From IMG/VR virus record IMGVR_UViG_3300046779_001412, positions 1-64,000 of that record: DNA of 64,000 bases, one strand, 5' to 3'. This DNA is from a virus. Below are positions 55,942 through 64,000 of this stretch, in pieces. The notes below the pieces were generated by a model. The model searched no databases and was not told the origin of the DNA. It was given only the letters and a program-made list of their open reading frames with translations. Each line of letters begins with the position of its first letter. Positions within the stretch are counted from its first letter, which is position 1. Position numbers and translations under genes: made by a program.

Positions 55942-56983
55942 AATGATCTTGAGAAACCCAGTGCAAAAGAGCAGCACTGTGGAGGTAATTATCAATGCCT
56001 ATGACACTGTGTTGACACAAGATTGGTTAACTGCACTCCAGACTCTACTGCGTCAGCACAAGATTGAAAAAAACTTTTGCTTCATGGGCTTTCCCAACGG
56101 AGCACGTAGTCTTGAATACCTATGCAATGAACTAAACCATGCCGTAGACACTATCAACCGCAGCAATTTACAATATCAAATCAGTGATCGTGTGAGTGCT
56201 CGTGAACTCATGACAGACAAAACCATATTGAATCATGTTCATAATCACTTTGAAGTTCTGCAAGGAACTGTTAATCATTTAAGCGACTACTACAGGCGTG
56301 CTGACTATGAAACCAAATATGCCATACGTCAGTTGAACACAGTGTGTCACGAACTAGAAAGCCTGGTACTCAGCAAGTTAAGAGAGCAAACAGCGCCTGA
56401 ATGGGTGCGTTTAAGTCAAATCAATACCTGGCTCAACGCACCTCGATATCAACTGCAAGATCATCATCGTAGGCCCTGGAGTATAGATTGTTATGATCGA
56501 CATCTAGGCGAGGTATATATGCATTGGGCACAGATTGGAAAAACACTGTTTGAAGTTTATAGGGATGAAGGTGCACCTGAATTGACAGACACTGTGTGCG
56601 AAGCCATAACTCATTTAGAATACTACAGCGGCGAGTTTGACATAGAATGGGGCAACGACATACGATACAACTCACATGATTGGTGGCAGTTTGAAGTGGA
56701 TGGTTTTTATGATTGGCTACAATCAAATGGATTTGATTACCGTGATCCCAAACTCAGTCTTGGACACCTGCCTATAGCCTGTGTTGATCTACAGGCCTCG
56801 TTTGGCAGCACTGATTATCGTAAGATATGGCCAATATTAAATGATCATCTTGATGTGTTTAAAGTAGAAGTCAATGGTGTTGTTAGTGAGTATGATTATT
56901 GTTGGACTGACAGTGACTACAAGCAGCAACAAATTGAACAACTTCGTCCTGGATATGATCATTCTTCAAAGGAACTAACATGA
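55925..56983 (+). CDS. Hypothetical protein
   Basis: 352 aa; LN..H..FE, A...LN..CHE.E, YMHW..IGK motifs; in operon. Confidence 0.7.
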   Translation: MTSQVKMILRNPVQKSSTVEVIINAYDTVLTQDWLTALQTLLRQHKIEKNFCFMGFPNGARSLEYLCNELNHAVDTINRSNLQYQISDRVSARELMTDKTILNHVHNHFEVLQGTVNHLSDYYRRADYETKYAIRQLNTVCHELESLVLSKLREQTAPEWVRLSQINTWLNAPRYQLQDHHRRPWSIDCYDRHLGEVYMHWAQIGKTLFEVYRDEGAPELTDTVCEAITHLEYYSGEFDIEWGNDIRYNSHDWWQFEVDGFYDWLQSNGFDYRDPKLSLGHLPIACVDLQASFGSTDYRKIWPILNDHLDVFKVEVNGVVSEYDYCWTDSDYKQQQIEQLRPGYDHSSKELT

Positions 56984-57081
56984 AGTGGATAATAACTGCG
57001 TGGAAAAGATTACTGTTAGAAATTAGGTATCGCAAAAAGTTACGTGAACTTAGAAAACGTGATCCATTTATATACAAATGA
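56980..57081 (+). CDS. 33-aa basic peptide ending DPFIYK (not in ORF track)
   Basis: MKWIITAWKRLLLEIRYRKKLRELRKRDPFIYK; AAGGA SD and ATGA coupling at both ends. Confidence 0.65.
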   Translation: MKWIITAWKRLLLEIRYRKKLRELRKRDPFIYK

Positions 57082-57209
57082 ACTTTTTCTTCTTTAATCT
57101 TTATTTTTATTTTGCTATCCTGGCTTCAATACGCATGGGCGATTGGGCAGGATTTTTAATGGTGGTAGTGGCATATTGGGGCATGTTAGGTTGGTTGAAA
57201 AGAGAATGA
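57078..57209 (+). CDS. 43-aa hydrophobic (membrane) peptide (not in ORF track)
   Basis: MNFFFFNLYFYFAILASIRMGDWAGFLMVVVAYWGMLGWLKRE; ATGA overlaps with both neighbours. Confidence 0.55.
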   Translation: MNFFFFNLYFYFAILASIRMGDWAGFLMVVVAYWGMLGWLKRE

Positions 57210-58699
57210 AACATATACTAGGAGTCAGTGCAGGTTTTCATGACGGCGCACTTGCTGTAGTTGACCAACAGGGAGACATAGCATTTGCAGCTCACAGCGA
57301 ACGTTACAGCAAGTTCAAGAACGATGCTGGTATCAGTCCTGACATGATGTATGACATTAAAGATTATGATATTGACACATTGGCGTTTTACGAACGCCCT
57401 TGGTTACACAATGTACAGCAGTTCATAAGTGGTCAACGAGAATACACAGCCTGGACTCTAGCAGGGCGTGTTCAAGAACTAATGCCACGGTCATGGCTAA
57501 AAAAACAAAATCCTCAGATAGTTAATTACCCACATCATTTGAGTCATGCTGCTGCTGCATTTCAGACATCTAGTTTTAACAGTGCCGCAGTTGTGGTTAT
57601 TGATGCTATTGGTGAACTGGATACTATTTCAATCTATCGTGCAAGTTACGATACACAGGGTCGCGCACAATATCGTCGGGTATGGCGACATCTTTATCCG
57701 CACTCGGTGGGCTTGTTTTATTCAGCAGTAACCAAACACATTGGGCTCAAACCCATGGAGGACGAATACGTTACCATGGGCATGAGTGCATACGCCAGTG
57801 ATAAAAAATATGTTGTAGCGCAACAGATGCATCAACAAATCATCGATGATATACATACAGCTACTTTTTTGCGAAACCTACACATAGGTCTTGATCCTAA
57901 CGAGTATCCCTACGAACCAGAAGACATGGCAGGTGCTGTACAAAGACTTACTGAACAAATGGTACATTATATAGTACAATTGGCTCGCAAGCTCACAGGC
58001 GAACGTAATCTTTGTTATGGCGGAGGTGTTGCCTTGAACTGTGTGGCTAACCATCAGTTAGGTTATCTTTTTGACAATGTCTGGATTATGCCTAATCCTG
58101 GAGATGCCGGCGCCAGTCTTGGTGCTGCTGCACTGTGCCACGGCGGCCGACTAAACTGGAACAATGCATTTCTTGGACATTTTATCAACGGCGATTACCC
58201 TGTCAAGGCGTTGCTTGATGAACTAATCAAGAATCAGATAGTGGGTGTAGCATCAGGCCGCGCAGAATTTGGTCCACGTGCGCTGGGCAATCGTAGTCTG
58301 TTGGCAGATCCACGCGGTAAAGATATCAAGGATAGAGTTAATGCAATCAAGCAAAGACAAAAATTTAGACCTTTCGCTCCTGTTATATTGGAAGAAGTGG
58401 CTAATGAGTACTTTGATTTTGGCCCTGGGTGGAGTACTAGTCGTTATATGCAGTCAATTGCTGTTTGCAAGCATCCTGATCGTTTTCCTGCTATATGCCA
58501 TGTTGATGGCACCAGTAGAGTACAAACTGTACCGCAAGATGATTCGGGTATAAGAAAGTTACTGGAACAATGGTATTTGCTCACTGGATGTCCTATGTTA
58601 TTGAATACCAGCTTAAACATCAGAGGACAGCCCATGGTCAATGATCGCTATGATGCCTATGAGTTCAGCAAGCAGTATGGCATCAAAGTTTGTACCTAG
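57206..58699 (+). CDS. O-carbamoyltransferase (NodU/CmcH/TobZ family)
   Basis: GVSAGFHD, ERYS..K.D, HHLSHAA, DAIGE, GGVALNC, GRAEFGPRALGNRS, RPFAP, LNTSLN; start moved to ATG 57206 (MKHILG). Confidence 0.93.
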   Translation: MKHILGVSAGFHDGALAVVDQQGDIAFAAHSERYSKFKNDAGISPDMMYDIKDYDIDTLAFYERPWLHNVQQFISGQREYTAWTLAGRVQELMPRSWLKKQNPQIVNYPHHLSHAAAAFQTSSFNSAAVVVIDAIGELDTISIYRASYDTQGRAQYRRVWRHLYPHSVGLFYSAVTKHIGLKPMEDEYVTMGMSAYASDKKYVVAQQMHQQIIDDIHTATFLRNLHIGLDPNEYPYEPEDMAGAVQRLTEQMVHYIVQLARKLTGERNLCYGGGVALNCVANHQLGYLFDNVWIMPNPGDAGASLGAAALCHGGRLNWNNAFLGHFINGDYPVKALLDELIKNQIVGVASGRAEFGPRALGNRSLLADPRGKDIKDRVNAIKQRQKFRPFAPVILEEVANEYFDFGPGWSTSRYMQSIAVCKHPDRFPAICHVDGTSRVQTVPQDDSGIRKLLEQWYLLTGCPMLLNTSLNIRGQPMVNDRYDAYEFSKQYGIKVCT

Positions 58700-59739
58700 A
58701 GATACGTTTCAAGACCGCCGCTGCGACGAATGTCCTGTGTACAGCAGCTAATGCCACCATCCCAGAAGTAACTGTGCCTAAGTTCACAAATAATTGGTTC
58801 AATGTGATGTTTGTTACAAAAGTCAAAGACTGGTTGGTTGTATGCACTAAAAATTACATGCGACTCATCTAGCACTAGACAGTTTACGTCAAACACAGTT
58901 TCGCTCACAAATCCAGTCCATTCACTAAGATATGTATCCACAAACCTACAAAACTCTTCAGTAGGAGTCTGTCCTGTTACATACCAACGGCCATTGAAGT
59001 TTTCCTGTTTAAATTTGCCAACCTCCATGGCTGCCCAAATACTACTGTCCCATACCTTACAGACTTCCCAACCAGGAAAGTCTGCCGCAAGATCTAGTTT
59101 GTCATCGTGCTTGCTGCTGAGTATCACGCCAGGTTTCAGTATGGCAAACACAGCATCGCCATGTCCGTCGGTTACTGCTTCGTGTATTCGGTAATCAGGC
59201 CCTAGTATGTTATCCACTATCCAACGAGTCTGCTCTGGTTTCAACCATTCACTGTTGTCAAAGAATACATCACGGCCTACACGTACAATACACGAAGCAC
59301 TTGCACCATTGAGTACGCAATCACTACGCCAGGATCCACCATGTGGATTAATCACTGATCCTGGCTCATGTGTTTCATATTCATTACAAAGATTGTCAAG
59401 TTCTTGTACAGGCAAAACTCTCAACAATTTGTTGCCCAGAGTAATTTGCCAGTCTCTTGGTGTTAATGGCGGCAAAGCTATGTTTCCAGGCTGACGTGTT
59501 TGTTGCCAATAAAAGAATCCACGATCCGGTAGTGCTGGACGACGTACCACAGCTCCATATTTCTCAATGGTGTTAGCAAGGTTGTCAAGATCTTCGGCAG
59601 TTTCGGCTAGGATCTGTTGTAGTTGATGCCTGACCTGAGCATTATCAACAAAGTCAAAGTAGTCAGCATCATATGCTCGGCCAACAATTACTTCCTGTAA
59701 AGGTTGCCAACTGGTGTGTGAATTAATCAAGTGATTCAT
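58696..59739 (-). CDS. Amidinotransferase (glycine / inosamine-phosphate amidinotransferase family)
   Basis: S.T.W.PL.EVIVG, PRD, GH.D....L.PG, DVN.L, C-terminal GGISCCT.D..R carrying the catalytic Cys. Confidence 0.8.
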   Translation of the reverse strand: MNHLINSHTSWQPLQEVIVGRAYDADYFDFVDNAQVRHQLQQILAETAEDLDNLANTIEKYGAVVRRPALPDRGFFYWQQTRQPGNIALPPLTPRDWQITLGNKLLRVLPVQELDNLCNEYETHEPGSVINPHGGSWRSDCVLNGASASCIVRVGRDVFFDNSEWLKPEQTRWIVDNILGPDYRIHEAVTDGHGDAVFAILKPGVILSSKHDDKLDLAADFPGWEVCKVWDSSIWAAMEVGKFKQENFNGRWYVTGQTPTEEFCRFVDTYLSEWTGFVSETVFDVNCLVLDESHVIFSAYNQPVFDFCNKHHIEPIICELRHSYFWDGGISCCTQDIRRSGGLETYL

Positions 59740-60892
59740 ATAGTTTGTTTTTCAGTGTATTTAATTGTTGAATTTTAATATCTAAAAACAAACGCTGATT
59801 ATGTTCAGCGTCTTGTTGACATTGGCTGTGCCATGTTTTTAGATTGTTTAACAATATTTGATCTAATGTGTGTTTTACAGCCGTCCATCTACGATCGTTG
59901 TCTAACTCAAGATCATAGCTGTTATCAATTATGTTGTCAAACACTTTATATCCGCTATCACGTAGAATCTGCAGACTGCCAGGAGCACCAACTATTACAA
60001 AAGGCACAGCATGTTTGATGCACTTGTAGGTTTTTTCAGTTATAAATGCACCGTTGCTACCACCTAGATCAAACATGGTTTCTAACACTAGATGAAAGTA
60101 AGAACTAACATATAGTGATGGATCAAGTAGATCGTGCTGATTGTGCTGATCACTAGTTAGTGAATCACAGTAATAAGGCACTTCTTTCATGAATGCTTCT
60201 AGTTCAGGACGTATGCCCGGAATAGCTGCCAAACGCAAAGGATTATCACACGGTTGATCACCTATGTCTTGATCGCCATAACTCCATTGGCATTTTTGCA
60301 ATCTACCACTGCGTTTTAAGTCAGCCATAACCGTTGCTCTCCACCACTTGTGGGTGCGATTAAGTGCAGTGTACCTAAACCTACGTGTGCGATTGTGCCA
60401 GGGCAGAGCCGCATGATGCCTATTTTGTCGCCAATATAGTAGTTCATGATCTGAAAAATACACGAAATTTTTAATTAGAGCGGCACTGCTGTTGGCACTT
60501 ATAAAACGATAGCACGTTAGTGGCATTTGATATTGTTTACACAACTGGTCTAACCTAGATTTGATAGTATAAGGATTGTCACCTTCATGATAGTAAAACA
60601 ACAATGTTAGTTTGCGATCTCGTAAACGCTGTATCACTGGTTCTGACAATAAGGCGAACCAATCAACTTTAAAATCAAACCAGGCCAAGCTTATCAAATA
60701 AAATGTGTCTTGGTCAGTGTGATTATCTAGTGTTGTTACCTTGATAGGCCATTGATGATCCTGTGCATAGTATGCTAGTCTTGGATAACTGGTATATGGC
60801 CATTCTTGCTCATGGCTTAAACTTTGAAAGTTTGCCACTAGATTTGGCACAATCATGTTGCCATTAATTTGGTCAAAAACTAAACGTAACAC
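59723..60892 (-). CDS. Glycosyltransferase-like protein (GT10-like C-terminus)
   Basis: ALNR..K.WR; FHLVLET...FITEKTYK.I....PF.IVG..GSL..LR..GY.VF...ID.SYD; start placed at GTG 60892 to limit overlap (ORF track extends to 60997). Confidence 0.55.
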   Translation of the reverse strand: MLRLVFDQINGNMIVPNLVANFQSLSHEQEWPYTSYPRLAYYAQDHQWPIKVTTLDNHTDQDTFYLISLAWFDFKVDWFALLSEPVIQRLRDRKLTLLFYYHEGDNPYTIKSRLDQLCKQYQMPLTCYRFISANSSAALIKNFVYFSDHELLYWRQNRHHAALPWHNRTRRFRYTALNRTHKWWRATVMADLKRSGRLQKCQWSYGDQDIGDQPCDNPLRLAAIPGIRPELEAFMKEVPYYCDSLTSDQHNQHDLLDPSLYVSSYFHLVLETMFDLGGSNGAFITEKTYKCIKHAVPFVIVGAPGSLQILRDSGYKVFDNIIDNSYDLELDNDRRWTAVKHTLDQILLNNLKTWHSQCQQDAEHNQRLFLDIKIQQLNTLKNKLYESLD

Positions 60893-61967
60893 GAATATCC
60901 TCCAACATGTTGGTAAGTTCTTGCCATAGAATATGTTCAAAGGCTCCACTGTAAAAGTGTTGATAATTATGTTCCAACACAGGCCGTGTGGCATCAAACA
61001 ACTTTTGTTTCTGATCTATACTCATAATATCTAGTGTGGCCACTAGGTCCGCAATCGCAGATAACCTTGTGTTATCATCCGAAATGTCATCATAGCTTTC
61101 GTCCCAAAACGCATTAAAGGTTTGAAAACCATATGATCTTAGAAACGCAAGACTACCTTGAGTGCTGGCTAGTACAAAAGGCATGCGTAGGCATATAGGT
61201 TTGAATACTTTTTCAGTTAAATGATGACGTTTTCCAGTTGCTACAGTTTCAGTAACAAGGTATAAAAGGCTTTGTTCTGCAAATGTTACCAGGTCAAGAT
61301 TGGCACTGGCCCAGCTTGGCACCTGACCAGAGTGGTCTAGTACCAATGGCAAACGTTCCACAGGGAATCTCTGCCAATTGCAATCAAGATCAGTTAAGGC
61401 AGATTGAATTGTGATATTTGTTCCAGGGCATATATCAGGGCAACTAATATGATTGCTACCTATATTACGATCAAACAGATAGTTCAATAATTTAAGACGC
61501 CATATTCTTTCGCCGGTTACTATGCGATTAGGCATTAGAAATGTGGTGGTTATCTTTCTACTACTAGGCGCACTTAACAACCAAGATCTGTTGTATCCAC
61601 GAAACCAATCCAGTGCTGCCCAACCGTTAAAAAAGTACTGTGCTGAATGCCAATTATAAAATTGACAACATCTTTGTACTGTGTTACTATTAAACTCGCT
61701 GGTGACCAAGGCAGCATGACTGACACCAGGCAAAAAATTGTGCACAGATGAAACTGCCTGTGCAAACAACTCTTTGTTCCTTTGTAAATCCAAGGGCTCT
61801 TGATCAAAGAACAATATATAGTTGTGATCTCTAGGATTGTGAATGAATGAACAAAGATTTTCTACATCAATGTGGCCAGGCGGGTCAAGATACAGTAACC
61901 GTGTATTAGGTATCTGGGCATGAACATAAGGCCATATGTGTTTGTAAATTTCGTCAACTCTAATCAT
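60873..61967 (-). CDS. Glycosyltransferase-like protein (GT10-like C-terminus)
   Basis: DQEP; LYLVTET...HLTEKVFKPI....PF......GSL..LR.YGFQTF...WDESYD. Confidence 0.55.
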   Translation of the reverse strand: MIRVDEIYKHIWPYVHAQIPNTRLLYLDPPGHIDVENLCSFIHNPRDHNYILFFDQEPLDLQRNKELFAQAVSSVHNFLPGVSHAALVTSEFNSNTVQRCCQFYNWHSAQYFFNGWAALDWFRGYNRSWLLSAPSSRKITTTFLMPNRIVTGERIWRLKLLNYLFDRNIGSNHISCPDICPGTNITIQSALTDLDCNWQRFPVERLPLVLDHSGQVPSWASANLDLVTFAEQSLLYLVTETVATGKRHHLTEKVFKPICLRMPFVLASTQGSLAFLRSYGFQTFNAFWDESYDDISDDNTRLSAIADLVATLDIMSIDQKQKLFDATRPVLEHNYQHFYSGAFEHILWQELTNMLEDIRVTFSF

Positions 61968-63570
61968 GTTTGATGTTTTTTATCTAGACCAACCAACTGG
62001 ATTGTTCGCTCACGAAAAACCTGCGCGGAGCATAGAGCATGCTCGGGATCAATCTCGTACAAGATATCTTTGGATTGTTGACTACTTATCTGACTATTCT
62101 AAGTTTGACTTTCTTTGGGAACCAGTGCCTTGGGAAGCTGCTCAATGTCATGCTTGGCCAAGTCAGTGGCAAGTTGAAGGTGGTACCTTCCTGGTTCCCA
62201 AGATAGGATTCACAGATGTAAATCGTGAGCATGATATAGTACCAAAACACACATCTGTTTTCAAGGTCTTGATAGATCATCTAGATAACTCAACCCTAAA
62301 ACTTGATGCAGTGCGTACAGTACGATTCTTTGAAAGTTACTTGGCCACATTAAGACGCATTGCTAATTCTGCACAAGAAGAATATCTATGGATATGCAGT
62401 AGTGTATGCGATTACTCTAACTTTGATTTTACCTGGCATCCTGATCCTTGGCAAACACAAATGTTGCATGTGTTTGCCAGCGAGGATCAAAAGTTTGGCG
62501 ATACTTTTTACATGCATGTGCCAAGTGCAAGGCAAAATTTAGCTAAGGTCAAGCTGCTTGATTGGTATGCTTTAAACTTTGTTAACGAGCAACCTGTCCC
62601 ACGCCGACACATGCCGGTGAATTGGCATCAAAAGGATAGTCATGTCAGCGCAGTGCTATCGCATACTTGGAGTGCACCCTTGGAAATTTTTACGTGTACC
62701 AATGTTGATCGTAAAATGCCTGTGGTAAGTTTATGGCAGGATAACGCTAGGACCATAGTGCCTCTTAGCGCAGGCGCCAGTGCGGTAATTGTGCCTAAGA
62801 TAGCAGCTTCTATGATTCGCTCACAACTGTACGACTATCCACACGTAGATAAAACACATGCAAATACATTTGAGGATCGTGAGCAAGACGTCGTGTTTAT
62901 TAGCAATGGTGAGCCCATGGCTGAGGACAATTGGCAAAAATTGCAATCAATATGTCCACGTGCTGTGCGTAGCGATGGCATAACTGGACGTGAAGCTGCG
63001 TACAAAGCAGCCGCACAACTTAGCACTACCCCTTGGTTCTTTGCAGTGTTTGCCAAGACCGAAGTGTTGCCAGAATTTAACTTTGATTTTCAACCAGATC
63101 GTATGCAGCAGCCCAAGCACTACATATTTCATAGTCGCAATCCTCTTAATGGTCTTGAATATGGTGCTATGAATATAAACTTGTATAATCGTCAGTTGGT
63201 ATTGGACACCGTGCCTGGACTTGACTTTACGTTGAGTGCTGCTCACACTGTGGTACCTATCTGTGCAAGTATATCACGTTTCAATACTGATCCATGGATC
63301 ACATGGCGTAGTGCTTTTAGAGAAACCATGAAGCTGCGAAGAGAAGTAGATCAAGGAGCAGATGTTGAAATCAGTCATAGGCTACATGTCTGGTGCACAC
63401 AAGCTCAAGGCGAGAATGCCCAACACTGTATACAAGGTGCGAATGATGGTGTTGAGTATTATGAAGCTGTGAACGGTGATTTAGAAATGCTTAAACTGAG
63501 TTTTGATTGGCAATGGTGTCAAGACTACTACTTTGACAAGTATGGTTGCCGTCCTTGGTTAAAACTTTGA
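61966..63570 (+). CDS. Multi-domain glycosyltransferase-like protein
   Basis: Repeated SRT.YLWI...DY..FDF.W.P.PW units; C-terminal domain homologous to 46362..47288 (FISNGEP, AYKAAA, NPLNGLEYG, TWRSAFRE..KL). Confidence 0.6.
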   Translation: MFDVFYLDQPTGLFAHEKPARSIEHARDQSRTRYLWIVDYLSDYSKFDFLWEPVPWEAAQCHAWPSQWQVEGGTFLVPKIGFTDVNREHDIVPKHTSVFKVLIDHLDNSTLKLDAVRTVRFFESYLATLRRIANSAQEEYLWICSSVCDYSNFDFTWHPDPWQTQMLHVFASEDQKFGDTFYMHVPSARQNLAKVKLLDWYALNFVNEQPVPRRHMPVNWHQKDSHVSAVLSHTWSAPLEIFTCTNVDRKMPVVSLWQDNARTIVPLSAGASAVIVPKIAASMIRSQLYDYPHVDKTHANTFEDREQDVVFISNGEPMAEDNWQKLQSICPRAVRSDGITGREAAYKAAAQLSTTPWFFAVFAKTEVLPEFNFDFQPDRMQQPKHYIFHSRNPLNGLEYGAMNINLYNRQLVLDTVPGLDFTLSAAHTVVPICASISRFNTDPWITWRSAFRETMKLRREVDQGADVEISHRLHVWCTQAQGENAQHCIQGANDGVEYYEAVNGDLEMLKLSFDWQWCQDYYFDKYGCRPWLKL

Positions 63571-63999
63571 AATGAACCTTTGGTTTAAAAACCAATCAAG
63601 ATATATTTCAATACCTTGCTCGATATCAACTGTGGGCATCCAACCTAGTTCTTTTAGTTTAGAACTGTCTAGTGTGTCACGATTTGGGTAGAAATCGTCG
63701 GCGGGTTTGTATTCTACTCTACACAGAATTCGCTGACGTATTATTTCTGCTGCCTCACTGATTGTACGTCCATTACCGCGTGTGCAGTTATAGATTTCGT
63801 TGGCCGCGCGGTCGTCTAAAGTAGCAGTAACAAAAGCACTTGCCACATCAGTTACAAAACTAAAATCTAATCTGTTGTCGGCGCCATGAACTTCAATCAC
63901 ACGATCAGTTAGAGCTGCCACAGTCATTTTTGATATCACACGCACTACCATGTCGCGTGGACCATACAACGCACTAGGACGCAGAATAGTGTAGTTTAG
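63559..63999 (-). CDS. NAD-dependent epimerase/dehydratase (extended SDR), 5' end outside window
   Basis: Frame open to the window end: LNYTILRPSALYGP, LDFSFV.DVA, IYN, LDSSK...LGW.P. Confidence 0.85.
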   Translation of the reverse strand, partial: LNYTILRPSALYGPRDMVVRVISKMTVAALTDRVIEVHGADNRLDFSFVTDVASAFVTATLDDRAANEIYNCTRGNGRTISEAAEIIRQRILCRVEYKPADDFYPNRDTLDSSKLKELGWMPTVDIEQGIEIYLDWFLNQRFISKF

Positions 64000-64000
64000 G

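Noticed and set aside
57143-57205. 21-aa N-terminal extension of the carbamoyltransferase in the ORF track
   Set aside because: The family N-terminus begins at MKHILG (57206), and the region is occupied by a coupled 43-aa ORF in another frame
1-64000. Stop-codon reassignment (alternative genetic code)
   Set aside because: Genes up to 14 kb are open in code 11, and TAA, TAG and TGA all end genes at sensible, often coupled, junctions

Overview
A 64-kb, densely coding segment of a large T4-like (myovirus, probably jumbo) bacteriophage genome read in the standard genetic code. From left to right it holds: portal (partial), tape measure, a gp26-like tail/baseplate chaperone with a candidate -1 frameshift, a small accessory operon (DUF1415-like, arginyl-transferase-like GNAT, DUF6614-like), a ~330-nt highly structured non-coding region, and a gp55 sigma factor-gp47-gp46-Holliday junction resolvase operon with accessory genes interleaved. 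A ~29-kb baseplate/tail module follows (gp53, hub, gp5, gp25, gp6, a 4750-aa giant protein, fibre proteins), with short TAAATA late-promoter motifs ahead of several genes. The last ~20 kb is a modification cluster: six N-terminal-twitch radical SAM enzymes, about seven glycosyltransferase-like genes, a carbamoyltransferase, an amidinotransferase and an NDP-sugar epimerase. The strongest novelty candidates are the structured RNA at ~7440-7765, the radical-SAM/glycan-tailoring cluster and the frameshift at 4870. All family calls come from motif recognition by eye, not database searches.
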